The notes: generated from the letters alone by a model not told the origin. A stretch of 63,677 nucleotides of DNA, filler included, from Octopus bimaculoides (GCF_001194135.2; 5 parts of 4 records of this genome joined end to end with filler, not necessarily neighbours in it); one strand, 5' to 3'; positions 50,565 to 63,625 are shown, counted from the whole stretch's first letter. Translations and numbers: made by a program.

Positions 50565-50868
50565 CAACTCTAAGAAGAAAAGTAAAAGCGGGCAACTCGA
50601 AATGGTCCAGACAATCGCACGCGCACATACACACGCGCACATACATACACACACAGATTAACATACATACATACGTACATACATACATACATACACACAA
50701 ACAAAACAGACACATTTACGCATACACATAATATATGATTACGTATTCCCACATGATATGGCTATATGTATGTATATATCTGGATACATGTGTGTAAAAT
50801 ATATGTATGTATGCAAGTATGTATGTATGTATGTATGCATACGTGCAGATATGTATATAAATAAATAA

Positions 50869-50907
<39 letters not shown>

Positions 50908-51239
50908 TTTATAGATATATGTCAAAAATGTATATATGTGTGTGTGTGCCATGAATGTATCAATATACATACATGTGTGTTATGTATGTAGATAGTAATG
51001 CACATACATGCATGCATACGCACATATAAGTGCACAGATTTATATATGCATACATACGTGCATAAATGCCTGTATACTTATATGCATACATAATTATATA
51101 CATATATGCATTCATAAATACGTAGATTCGTGCTTAACATAAATGCATTGATACATATAGACGTGAAGTACACATGCATACACACACATAAATATACATA
51201 CACACTTGCATACATTCACATATACACATATACATGTAC

Positions 51240-51305
<66 letters not shown>

Positions 51306-51974
51306 ACTTATATATGAATATATCTATGTATATATATGTATGTATATATATACACAAAACTACACCGATATTTTTGTGGGGGTAGGATTAATAGATGAGA
51401 GCATGGGGTGTGGGTGGGGGAATAGGAGCGATATCGACAGAGAGTAGTTATTTCGCAATAAGACAGGAAAAAGCTGACGATGGGGTAGGATGGGGGGGTG
51501 AAGTCGATGGGGGTAGGGTGTTCTTGGAGCGAGGACAGGGTGAAGAATAGGGTGGCTACAGGAAAATACGTGGAGTAAATAATAAATAAAGCACGAAATT
51601 GGGCCAAGTGGCCTAGTTTACCAAAATATGTGAAGTAGATTGTCTCCCTAGGACCGCCACCACCTCCACCACCTCGACAACCGTCGCCACCACCACCGCC
51701 AGCACCACCAGCCGTCTACTACACTGATACATCAAATCTTTTATTTTTATCTTCAATCCAGTCATACAACCACCATAACACATTTTTGGAGTGGAAAACA
51801 CTGTCCCTCCTCTGTAGTTCCTCTTTCCCTTTCTCTTTCTCTCCCTTTCTCTCTCCCCTCCTTTTTGTCTCTTTGTATATGAATAGATGTGCTTAAACGC
51901 ACACACACACACACACATATATTCATACACTCGCCACGTACACGCATGTACGTACAAACTCATCTACGTATCTG

Positions 51975-53205
51975 TACAGGATGTCCCAAAATTAAGGCGA
52001 CCAACTTTTTTCAATTTTGCCAAAGCAGAACATTGTTGTATTTCAGGTCCGAGTGTTGCAATGGAATGGCAAAGGAAACACAATTAAGACACTACCACAT
52101 TTATTCGATATGACCACCTCTGTTTCGAATCTAGGTGCGAATGCTTCACACACGGCACGCAGCTGTTCTTGCGGAATCGAAGCCCATGCCTAGAGCAGTT
52201 TTGCCTTCAGAGCGTCGAGTGAAGCACGAAGAGTGCTCAAGAATCCTCGTCTCCAAAATGGACCAAAGAGAAAAATCCAACGGGTTGAAATCGAGGTTTC
52301 TTGAGGATCATGCATTCTCGCCTATGAACGACAGAATGTTTTTCTGAATCCAATATTGCATTTGTTTGGAACTGTGAGATGGAACTGAGTCCTGTTGGAG
52401 GCTCCAAGGTGCACCTTGAACGTGCTCATTCGCCCAAGGAAGCAGTTCAACTTCCAGAATGTCGCAAATGTATCGCTGAGTGTTAATTTTAACACCCGAA
52501 GGCACAAAAATATGTGAGATAGATTGTCTTCCAGTGGCTGTCACAGCCGTCCAAACTATAACTGACGGTGCATTTTGACGTCGATTTACTAGTCTACTCT
52601 CAATGAAGATAGATACATTCCAAAGTCAGTCATTCTGGTGGTCTAATGTCTGTTCGATGTCAAATTTCTTGTCACCAGTGAAGACTAGGTTGGGCAGCGT
52701 ACCTTCAGCAATCTGACGTTGGATAAGACGAATTCTCTTCAGTCTCATGGCCTTATAAACTTGCGTGAGCTCATGACAGCGGATCATCCTGTAGGAATGG
52801 GTTCTGAAATCCGCCTTCAGCATTCGATACATCGATGTTTGGCTTATCTTTGCTGTGGCAGCCAGTTTTCTGAAGGGTCCTCACACATCTTTTTCTGCCA
52901 CGTCCTGGTCGATCAGTGGTGGAACCAGTTTCTTGAAATTTCTTGACAATTTTTCAGACTATTGTTCGGTTAATTTTGAACTTTTTGGCTATAGCTGTAT
53001 TACTTGCACCTACTCTGTGGAGGGTAATGATTATATTTTGGTCTATAGCCATTATCTAATTTATAAATCTAAATTTATTTAGTCTGAGACAAAAAGAAGA
53101 CATACTAAGCTTTTATAATGATGTTTAATTTTCATATCTTATCTTATTTATTGAATGCTATTAAAGCCTGAAACTTCGGTTGCCTTAATTTCAGGATACC
53201 CAGTA
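51975..53205 (-). mobile_element. Full-length defective Tc1/mariner DD37D (maT) transposon
   Basis: TA flanks, imperfect TIRs (CAGGATGTCCCAAAATTAAGGCGACC / CTGGGTATCCTGAAATTAAGGCAACC); transposase from ATG 53052: HTH, VFTGDKKF, QQDSVPSH, LDFNPLD with exactly 37 residues between the 2nd and 3rd Asp; stops and frameshifts. Confidence 0.9.
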
Positions 53206-53707
53206 TATGTATTTTGTTTAGTTATTAAGTTATAAATGTATATGTATATGTATATACACTCACACACACACACACACGCACACATTTATTTTCACATATA
53301 CATGTATACGTATGTATGTATATATGCATTTATATGTCAGGTCGCTCTTCAGTGCTACTGGTAACATGTAATCCAGTACAACCTGTTGCATGGTCGGGTC
53401 GTCGGCGACTAAACTGGCAACCCCACCAGGCTTGCTTGGTGAGGAGGGTGTTGTTGGACACCCTGCAGGACGAAAAATAAGACCTGTCAAAGGGCGGATG
53501 AACTCCTGAACAGTCAACGACCATCCAACAAAATGTCTGTAAATATGTATATATATATATATGTATGGGTGTGTATATGTGTGTGAATGTCTGTAAATAT
53601 GTATATATGAATAATTTTAATTTTATATATATACTATTTTTTATCTTTTATATTTTATTTATATATATATATTTTTTATTTTTTTATTTATTTATTTATT
53701 TATTTAT

Positions 53708-53807
53708 NNNNNNNNNNNNNNNNNNNNNNNNNNNNNNNNNNNNNNNNNNNNTTAATTAATTAANNNNNNNNNNNNNNNNNNNNNNNNNNNNNNNNNNNNN
53801 NNNNNNN
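53708..53807. other. Artificial scaffold join with TTAATTAATTAA linker
   Basis: 100-bp gap, linker at 53752-53763. Confidence 0.95.
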
Positions 53808-54055
53808 AAGCATACCCAAATACTTACATGAAGTCATAGATACACATACACGATGAGCATGTATGCATGCATGTATGTATGTATTGACACACACATGCAC
53901 ATATCACTTACATATGCAGATATGCGTTTGTGTGTATACGTTTGTATGTGTATGAGGACACATTATTTACAGTGACAGGAGCAGAGAGAATGCTTTGTGA
54001 CGTGAGAGTGATAAGAGTGACAAAGCGAGACAGATAGAAAGAGAACAGAGAAAGA

Positions 54056-54140
<85 letters not shown>

Positions 54141-54649
54141 AGAGAGGGGTGAGAGAGAAAGGCAAATAAATAGGCCTGACAGATCTGAACTATCAAAAAT
54201 ATTAAGAATATAAATAAATAAGTAATAAGAATAAATTCGCAAACGTCATCCATCAGTCCTTGTTAGCATCAACCCAAAATATATGTCATATAACCTATTA
54301 AACAACGGTCTTAAATTACTCTCCTCTTTCTACCAATTAAGATACTCTTTCCTTCCAATTAGATACTCCTTCTCTTCCGATTATCAATATTTTAAACACT
54401 TTCTTGTGGAGATCGTGAAAAAAATCACTCGATACAACACATTTGGTCGAATTTGTCAGATCTAACGACTCCCTAATTTTTTGATGAAATTTACACAATT
54501 TTCTCATTAATTAATGCCTCATTAATTCCTATGACAGCCTAATTTTGTAAGTCTTATCACTACACCCCCCTCCTTCCTTCTACCTTCTCTTTACATTTAT
54601 TTCGTACTATTCCTTTGTTTTTATTGTTATTGTTGTTATTATGACGCTG

Positions 54650-54654
<5 letters not shown>

Positions 54655-54710
<56 letters not shown>

Positions 54711-54738
54711 ATAATAATAATAATAATAATAATAATAA
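54655..54738. repeat. (ATC)n-(AAT)n compound microsatellite
   Basis: Direct reading. Confidence 0.95.
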
Positions 54739-55916
54739 TCTCATTAGTTTTCTTTTGTCTACTTTCTTTATGTCTATGTGATGTATTTTACATATTTTCT
54801 ACTGAACGTAGGTATGTGTGTACATGTGTGTGTGTGTGTGTGCACTTATATATTTGTCGATATATNNNNNNNNNNNNNNNNNNNNNNNNNNNNNNNNNNN
54901 NNNNNNNNNNNNNNNNNNNNNNNNNNNNNNNNNNNNNNNNNNNNNNNNNNNNNNNNNNNNNNNNNNNNNNNNNNNNNNNNNNNNNNNNNNNNNNNNNNNN
55001 NNNNNNNNNNNNNNNNNNNNNNNNNNNNNNNNNNNNNNNNNNNNNNNNNNNNNNNNNNNNNNNNNNNNNNNNNNNNNNNNNNNNNNNNNNNNNNNNNNNN
55101 NNNNNNNNNNNNNNNNNNNNNNNNNNNNNNNNNNNNNNNNNNNNNNNNNNNNNNNNNNNNNNNNNNNNNNNNNNNNNNNNNNNNNNNNNNNNNNNNNNNN
55201 NNNNNNNNNNNNNNNNNNNNNNNNNNNNNNNNNNNNNNNNNNNNNNNNNNNNNNNNNNNNNNNNNNNNNNNNNNNNNNNNNNNNNNNNNNNNNNNNNNNN
55301 NNNNNNNNNNNNNNNNNNNNNNNNNNNNNNNNNNNNNNNNNNNNNNNNNNNNNNNNNNNNNNNNNNNNNNNNNNNNNNNNNNNNNNNNNNNNNNNNNNNN
55401 NNNNNNNNNNNNNNNNNNNNNNNNNNNNNNNNNNNNNNNNNNNNNNNNNNNNNNNNNNNNNNNNNNNNNNNNNNNNNNNNNNNNNNNNNNNNNNNNNNNN
55501 NNNNNNNNNNNNNNNNNNNNNNNNNNNNNNNNNNNNNNNNNNNNNNNNNNNNNNNNNNNNNNNNNNNNNNNNNNNNNNNNNNNNNNNNNNNNNNNNNNNN
55601 NNNNNNNNNNNNNNNNNNNNNNNNNNNNNNNNNNNNNNNNNNNNNNNNNNNNNNNNNNNNNNNNNNNNNNNNNNNNNNNNNNNNNNNNNNNNNNNNNNNN
55701 NNNNNNNNNNNNNNNNNNNNNNNNNNNNNNNNNNNNNNNNNNNNNNNNNNNNNNNNNNNNNNNNNNNNNNNNNNNNNNNNNNNNNNNNNNNNNNNNNNNN
55801 NNNNNNNNNNNNNNNNNNNNNNAGATTGATAGATTGATAGAGAGATTTATATTATGCATACTCACAATATGATATACACGTGCATTTATGAAGTGCACAC
55901 ATATATACAATATATG

Positions 55917-55961
<45 letters not shown>

Positions 55962-56445
55962 TTTTGCCTATCCTTTTAATGAGAAAAGTAAATTTTGACC
56001 TAAAAATTGTTTTACCTTTATAGTTTTTTTGACTTTGGAAAATGTGTGAACGTCACTCGGTCTCATTGACTGTCCTCTATGCAATTCCAGATAATATTCT
56101 TGGCTAACGGCAGATTCTATCCTATCGTTAAAAGCATTTCATTTTGTGCTCATTAGAAATAATTATTTGAAATATTTGAAAGTCACATTTTTTTTTTTAC
56201 ATTGTTCCACTTTAGGATCCTAGGACTACGAAGAAAGAATTATGCTTCACAAAATATTCCGAGTTTCTTCAAAAGACGGTTTGGGTGATGTCGATTATCA
56301 GAGAGATTCCTTTCTTGTATTACGGTCAAACCGAATAGCACTTTACTACAGAAATTTTCCATCAGATCTTTTATTGTTGCAGTGAGAAACAATAACACCC
56401 AATATTGTAATATATTCTACACACCAATATTGAGATTGAACTTAA

Positions 56446-56875
56446 GGAGGCGAGCTAACAGAATAGTTAGCCCTGCTGGGTGAAATACTTAGCGGTATTT
56501 CGTCTATCTTTACGTTCTGAGTTCAAATTCTGCCGAGGTCGACTCTACCTTTCGTTTTCGGGGTCGATAAATTAATTAGCCGTTGCGTACTGGAGTCGAT
56601 CTAATCGACTGGCCCTCTCTCCAAAAATTTCGGGCCTTGTGCCTAGAGTAGAGAAGAATATTGTAACACATTCTACACACCAATATTGGGATACTGGTGT
56701 GTTTATGTCCCCGTAACTTAGCAGTTCGACAAAATAGACTGATAGAATAAGTACTAGGCTTACAGAGAATAAGACCTGGGGTCGATTTGCCCGACTAAAG
56801 GCGGTGCTCCAGCATTGCCGCAGTCACATGACTGAAACAAGTAAAAGAGTAAAAGAGTAAAAGAGAGTAAAAAGT
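56446..56875 (+). mobile_element. Family A SINE (56446-56657) followed by family C 3' part with (GTAAAAGA)n tail
   Basis: Complete A head, body and tail; C tail CAAGTAAAAGAGTAAAAGAGTAAAAGAG. Confidence 0.88.
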
Positions 56876-57084
56876 ATACAAGAATAAACGAAGCAAAGGG
56901 TTTGGCAAAATTCGCACACCACGGCAAAAATTGGCTTCATGTGTACAGAATCATTTTCCTTACGTTGTCTGTTCACAGCCGGGTATTACTTTACCTTATT
57001 CGCATTCCCAAGAGTAGTAAATAAACTTTTGGTTAATATGTACCAGTAATCTTCTTGGCTTCAGTTCAATCGACTATCTTTCAG

Positions 57085-57500
57085 CTTTCACTTGTTTCAC
57101 TCATGGGACTACGTCCATGCTGGAGCACCGCCTTGAAAGGGTTTAGTTTAAGGAGTTGACACCAATGTTTATATCTACGTTTAAACCTCTTACTCATCCT
57201 GTCGATTTCTAATGTCGAACCACTAGATTATGGGGATGTTAACAATCATACACCGGTTGTTAAACGGTCGGCGGTGGGGGGGGGCGGCAAAATCACAAGC
57301 ACACGCACATACACTCACCAACACACACATACATTATACTTATATATATATATATATATACACACACAAACACACACATAAATACACGGCAAACTTCGTC
57401 CGTGCACGTGGCTTTCGCCGCCTCGAGGCTAAAGCAGAGAACATTTGGTCACAGTGCCATGCAGCGGGACTGAACTCAGAGCCATGTGGTTGAGAAGCAA
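57085..57500 (-). mobile_element. Degenerate family C SINE (tail 57085-57290, head 57440-57500)
   Basis: CCATGCTGGAGCACCGCCTTGAA and GGGACTGAACTCAGAGCCATGTGGTTG. Confidence 0.65.
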
Positions 57501-57955
57501 ACTGCCGCAGCAATATCCGGCCTTGGGCTAAAAAGTCAAACACCTTGTTGTATACATAAAAAGTGAAGAGAACGTAAATTTCGAGAAGGACAGCGGACTT
57601 AAAATCACAACTTAAAACACAACATACATGTGTTTACATACACATAAACACACAGTGGATATATATGAGAACGTATGTTTAGTTACATAGCATAAGATCA
57701 AGCGTGTCTAAAGGAAAGGAAGAGAAAGGGGACACTGGAGAAAAAGATTAAAGTAGGCTGACAACTAGACATTCTTCGAGGAGGACGGAAAGACAAACAG
57801 ACGGACATGGAATTGTTTTCTCTAGCTGTTAAGAATAACACCTGACTAGCACAGACAATCTCATATATATTGATTTAGAATGGAGTCAAATCTGGATAGT
57901 TATATACACCTTTGCGGGTTTGTAGGTAGGTAGAGAGGAAGAAAGTTGGGAGAGG

Positions 57956-57987
<32 letters not shown>

Positions 57988-58497
57988 AAGAGAGAATGTC
58001 GGAGTGAAAGGCAGAAAAGCGGGTGGGAGTAATCTTGGAGAAAATAGGGGTGTATAGACAGAGGAAGATAGATAGATTGATGTATAGATACATCGGTAGA
58101 TTAATGTAGTTAAATGGATAGGTCCATAGATAAAAATAAAAATAACTAAATAAATAGGGATAGATATATAGATAACTAGACAGAAAGACAGATAGACAGA
58201 GAGAGAGAGAGAGAGAGGGGAGAGGGAGAGAGAAAATAAGGTAGGGGTTAAAAGGTTGGAAGTAAAACAATGAAGAAATGACAGACTAATGAGAGACGAT
58301 TATCACGACAAAGATGATAAAGATGATCATTAATCATGATGGAGATAACGACCACCACCACCACCACCACCACGATGATCATGACAGCCGTCGCAAAGCA
58401 TCATGGTCCCGGTAACGCTTTTCCAATACCCAGATGTTATCCAGTCCTCTATATCAGCTAACGTTTTCTCAATTGCAATTTTGATCTTTATGCTCAC

Positions 58498-58535
58498 CGA
58501 CGAGGTTGGCTATTTACCAATTCACGAAGCTTTTC
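58498..58535 (-). CDS. Weak candidate minus-strand exon
   Basis: atgtctccgttattttcag acceptor, CG|gtgagc donor; EKLRELVNSQPR in phase 0; isolated, no partner exons found. Confidence 0.2.
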
Positions 58536-58591
58536 CTGAAAATAACGGAGACATAAAATATCGTGAAATTCAGCCCATTTACTCCATATAC

Positions 58592-58691
58592 NNNNNNNNN
58601 NNNNNNNNNNNNNNNNNNNNNNNNNNNNNNNNNNNTTAATTAATTAANNNNNNNNNNNNNNNNNNNNNNNNNNNNNNNNNNNNNNNNNNNN
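58592..58691. other. Artificial scaffold join with TTAATTAATTAA linker
   Basis: 100-bp gap, linker at 58636-58647. Confidence 0.95.
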
Positions 58692-58705
58692 TATATTATT
58701 ATTTC

Positions 58706-59270
58706 GGATCTTTTTTAAAACGGGGGCCACATTTTTCATTAACGAAACACTTTGAAACTTGGAACACTGGTAGAATGTGTCATATAAAACATCTTTTTCT
58801 CTTAGTCTTCTTTAAAAAAAAAGAAATCCCTAAGTTATTCCATGTTAAAGTTGTCGTATTTCTGTAATTTCAACCAATCACTGACATCCATTCAGCCGAT
58901 ATACATTAAGTGCCGACTACATAAACAAACGATTCTGAAACAATTCTATCGGTGATAGGGTTAGGGTTAGGGTTAAGGTAAAACAGCAAATTTAAAAAGC
59001 AAAAAGCAAAACGAAGCCATGGAAATTAAATACGCTTTACACCGCTTAATCAGCCAAAGGAGTAAATGTAAACGACTGAATACTTGTCAGTGATTGGTTG
59101 AAATTATCGAAATAAGACAATTTTTTACATGAAATAAATTCGAATAGAAAAATATTTTACTGTTCTATAACACAAAATAGATAAGTATACGAAGTTTGAA
59201 AGTCTTTCGGTACCAAAAACACTACGTAAAACATTAATGAAAAATGTGGCCCCCGTTTTAAAAAAGATCC
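58706..59270. mobile_element. 565-bp MITE with perfect 37-bp TIRs and 8-bp TSD
   Basis: TIR GGATCTTTTTTAAAACGGGGGCCACATTTTTCATTAA at both ends; TSD ATTATTTC (58698-58705, 59271-59278); inner IR AATTTCAACCAATCACTGACA; internal TTAGGG repeats. Confidence 0.92.
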
Positions 59271-59844
59271 ATTATTTCTCCTTATGTAAACAAATTAATA
59301 TACTGACGTAAACCTAAGCGAGGATTGTAAATATAATAAATTAAACATCCATAGCATTGTATCATATTAAGATATGGTTATTAAACTAAATAAATGGTAA
59401 TACAGGGTACAAAACTATCTTGTTATGAAATAATAATAGTAATATACATGCTTACGAGAACAAAATCGGAAATATTTAAGTAAAGTTACGATTATGCTTC
59501 AAACTCAACTAATGTAGCATTACTGGGAAGGATTTGCTGAACCAACTATAGAAGGTGAAAAAACTAAAAACAACTGGCGATGGAGACAGATATAAATATT
59601 ATTTAAGATAATATTAAATGATATTATTCCTGTAATTGTTACTATTATTGTTATAAAAAATTTAAAAATAAATTAAATAGTATCATTATTACTATTATTG
59701 TTATTGTCTAAAGTTAAAGGTAAATACTAAGCTGGGTGAATGTACAAACCGCTTGTAAGGCGGACGTCCACTAGAGAGAATGTCATGGTGAAAAAATAAA
59801 AATAAAAATAATAATAATAACTAAAATTAGTAAGAAGGATGAAA

Positions 59845-60050
59845 CTAGCGATAAGAATTGAAGGTGTGTTTCCTCCAATGCTGGCATCTATATACTCTCT
59901 GTGTTATCTGATTTACTAGATAATTCTTGGAGAACAGAATATGGAAAAGCTCCAAGTTACAAAGAGGACAAAAATTCTTACCTTTATCGTAGGGTATTGA
60001 GGTAGCCAGTATTGACCATTCCAAAGAGAATTGTTTATTGCAAGGATTAG
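59845..60050 (-). mobile_element. Penelope-like GIY-YIG endonuclease C-terminal remnant
   Basis: LEWSILATSIPYDKGKNFCPLCNLELFHILFSKNYLVNQ...RCQHWRK resembles the PLE W-I..PY..C.LC.E...N...C.H pattern. Confidence 0.7.
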
Positions 60051-60495
60051 AATCGAAGGGCATTAGGGTCAACCTAGGCTCAACCAAAGTCTTAATAAGC
60101 AGGAAGGCAGACAAACCTCAAATCCCTCAAATCCCTGATCGATGTGTAGAAAAGGCGTAGATAGAAACTCTATAAGATGTACCCAGTGTAAGCTATGGAC
60201 ACATAAGAGGTGCAGCAATACCAAAGTATTTGGCAGATGTTCAGGAGCAATAAACATTGAAAATATGCAGAGAACAACTTCTGTCACATTCCAGGGTGAA
60301 AAACTAGAAGTAGTTGACAGCTTCCATTACCTAGGTGACCAAGTCAGTAGCAGGGGTGGGTGCTCTGAAAGTGTAGCTGCTAGAATAAGAATAGCCTGGG
60401 CAAAGTTCAGAGCGCTCTTACCTCTGCTAGTGACTAAGGGTCTCTCGCTCAGAGTGAAAGGTAGATTGTATGACGCATGTGTACGAACAGCCAAC
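60040..60495 (+). mobile_element. RTE-clade LINE RT C-terminal fragment with Cys/His (PHD-like) insert
   Basis: LESKGIRVNLGSTKVL...CRKGVDRNSIRCTQCKLWTHKRC...LEVVDSFHYLGD..SSRGGC...RIRIAWAKFRALLPLL...KGRLYDACVR. Confidence 0.85.
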
Positions 60496-60693
60496 AAGGA
60501 TATCCAGAGGTAATGCAGTACGATCGTTTCAAGCAACTCCATTTAAATGCAGAGCAAGCCTCAACTGCACTAAAACATACAATTTCATGAAATTAAAACA
60601 GACGGAAACAGTATAATTTTGCCTAAAATCTCCAAGAATTTAAGGAGATACACAAAGAACATAGTTGTCTTTCCTTCCATTTAGAAGCTACTT

Positions 60694-60738
<45 letters not shown>

Positions 60739-60815
60739 ATATATAGATATATATGTATCTATATATATGCATATATATGTATATGTATCTATATATATGC
60801 ATATATATGTATATA

Positions 60816-60871
<56 letters not shown>

Positions 60872-60971
60872 NNNNNNNNNNNNNNNNNNNNNNNNNNNNN
60901 NNNNNNNNNNNNNNNTTAATTAATTAANNNNNNNNNNNNNNNNNNNNNNNNNNNNNNNNNNNNNNNNNNNN
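60872..60971. other. Artificial scaffold join with TTAATTAATTAA linker
   Basis: 100-bp gap, linker at 60916-60927. Confidence 0.95.
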
Positions 60972-62231
60972 CAACAATAAAAGACGTATGTTCTTCTCTT
61001 TGTTCATCGTCTTTTTCTTCTTCCTGCTTCTAGGTTGGTTGATAGAGGAAATGTAACAGATATTTATTTCAGGTAACTAAGATGATTGTCGAGCAAAAGT
61101 CAAAGTAGTAGTAGTAGTAGTAGTAATTGTTGTTGTTACTGCAGTAGATATCAAGGAAATTTAAAGACGAAATTAGCCGTTAGCAATCAATAAAAAAGAA
61201 TATATATATATATAACAAGCATCCTATAAACGCACAGACTGACACATAGACAAACTCATACACACACATAGATGCATGAATACACATATTTACAGATATA
61301 CAGAAACATCTAAACATCTCTTTCTTGTACGTGTGCCTGTGCGTGTGTGTATGTATGTATGTATGTATGTATGTATACATATATATGTTCTTACATCTGC
61401 CCACACATAAATTAACTGAAATGAAATAAAATCTAATGACTATAAGGGAAGTTGAAAATCAAAATCTGAAAATAGACGCTGAGAAATGGTGGTGAGCGGT
61501 GATGACGCACGACTGACACACATAACCGATACACTACTGACACACTAGTGACACAGCCACATCTGTAACTCGCTACTGTCACAACACTAACAAACACCGA
61601 CACACTACAGTTACATCTCGGACACACCGCAGGAAGAATTGAAATGGTTAAAATTAGAAAAGAACATTACATACATACATGCACGCATGAATACAAACAC
61701 ACATATATGGATTTGTAGTTATATATTTACAAATACAACCTGTAAGTGGAACAGTAAAAATATGCAAGACTTTTCTTAAGTTCAAATGTGAATTCGTTTT
61801 TATCTACCTTTCAATGATAGAGGTTTGCACCTTTGTTTTTCAGACGAAGAACTCAAGTAAATAAAATCAGAAGAGAACATACATACATACACACATACAT
61901 ACATGCATACATGCATACATATTTATATACGTATTATTTTGAAACTTTGCAGGACAAAAATGTTCGGTAGTTGAGTAATCAAACTTTTATGCTCAGTAAT
62001 TAGAAATAATTATATCATACGCTGTCGAGTTAGTCATAGGCACTAAGTTAATTTTTCCGATTTGTGATTATTTCTAAAAAAATTATACGTTCTGAACCAA
62101 CACTGTGATAAGCATACATACATACATACATGCATACATACATACATACATACATACATACATACATACATTTGTATATGTGTGTGTATACACACAGCGA
62201 AACACACCCGCATGCATGAATGTTTAGCATG

Positions 62232-62292
<61 letters not shown>

Positions 62293-62542
62293 CAGGATGA
62301 GACAAAGAGAGAATATATACTATATCCAAATTAAACAACAATAATAGAAACGAGAATAAAACGAAATTAAATTAAAATTATAGGAAACAAAGGCAAAGTG
62401 TTATTGTGAAGCAGAATCTAAAACCATTTAATTAAAAAAAAAAGAGAAAGAATTTAAAAAAAAACAACTTAACTATATAAATTAAAAAATAAATAAATAA
62501 ATGATATATATATAGATACACACACACACACACACACACACA

Positions 62543-62596
<54 letters not shown>

Positions 62597-62718
62597 TATA
62601 TACATATACATGCGTGCATACATATATTGGGTTTAATTTATTTTTCATTAAAATTTTTTTAATTCTTTTTTTTTTGTTCTTCTACTCATAGCACTTTTTT
62701 TTTTCGCAACTTAGTCAG

Positions 62719-62739
62719 AACGAGCTGTTTTCTGATGAG
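62719..62739 (+). CDS. Weak candidate 21-nt microexon
   Basis: T-rich ...cgcaacttagtcag acceptor, GAG|gtaaat donor; NELFSDE, phase 0-0 (alternative acceptor at 62715). Confidence 0.25.
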
Positions 62740-63249
62740 GTAAATTTGTCCGACAATCAAATTCGTTGGATAAAACCAAAAAAAAAAATAAAATAAAAAA
62801 AAATAAAATGAGAGAAACAAAGAGAAAATTATGGGAGGAAAAAAGATGAATGATTAAGAAAATAAAATTACAAAACTAAAATTATATTATACAATCTAGA
62901 AATAAAAGTAAAATCAAATTAAATAATAATGATACGAAAAGGAAATGAGTATAAAATAAAATTGAATTAAAATAAAATAGAATAAAATCAAGTAAAATAG
63001 AATAAAATTCAATTAGATGAAAATAAAAAGTTGAAAAAATATAAAAAAATTAACGATTAAAAATTAAAATAAAAAGAAGCAATATAATACTCTAATGATG
63101 CTTCGGGCCTATAATTTAAAGCCGTTGTAGCCGTGACCATCTTATCGAATAATGTAGATTCTCCCCTTTCAACCATAATCATTCATTTTTAAAAGAATAG
63201 ACTAAAGTAAAGTTGATCGATTATTAAAGGCTACATCATCATCGTCATC

Positions 63250-63625
63250 GTGGCACTCCGCCGGTTGCGACGACGAGCGTTCCGGTTGATCCGATCAACG
63301 GAACAGTCTGTTCATGAAATTAACGTGCAAGTGGCTGAGTACTCCACAGACACGTGTACCCTTCACGTAGTTCTCGGGAGAGATTCAGCGTGACCAGAGT
63401 GTGACAAGTGTGACCCTTTGAAATACAGGTACAACAGAAACAGGAAGAAAGAGTGAGAGAAAGTTGTGGAGAAAGAGTACAGCAGGGTCCGCCACCAGCT
63501 CGTGCCGGAACTTTAGGTGTTTTCGTTCAATAAACATTCACAACGCTCGGTCTGGGAATCGAAACCGCGATATAGCATAATGGTTAAGAGCGCGGGCTAC
63601 TAACACCAAGATTACGAGTTCAATA
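63250..63625. mobile_element. Family E SINE (63250-63570, minus) abutting a tRNA-like head of another family (63570-63625, plus)
   Basis: Reverse-complement match to 7270-7642; second head TAGCATAATGGTTAAGAGCGCGGGCTACTAAC...GAGTTCAAT. Confidence 0.85.

Noticed and set aside
3690-55910. Long ORFs made of X residues (e.g. 39697-41127, 54778-55872)
   Set aside because: They only span N gaps flanked by microsatellites.
58955-58978. Telomere or chromosome-healing site
   Set aside because: Only about three TTAGGG units, internal to a MITE with intact TIRs.
59749-59774. Second Helitron 3' end (CCGCTTGTAAGGCGG...CTAG)
   Set aside because: Weak stem, CTAG followed by A rather than T, and no 5' end found; left unannotated.
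62732-62760. Hammerhead at CTGATGAGG
   Set aside because: No stem II followed by GAAA. Other CTGANGA hits (7937, 24664, 25946) fail in the same way.
63570-63625. Functional tRNA gene (also 13258-13335 and the SINE heads)
   Set aside because: A/B-box-like motifs only; the 3' acceptor stem is missing and similar heads recur as repeats.
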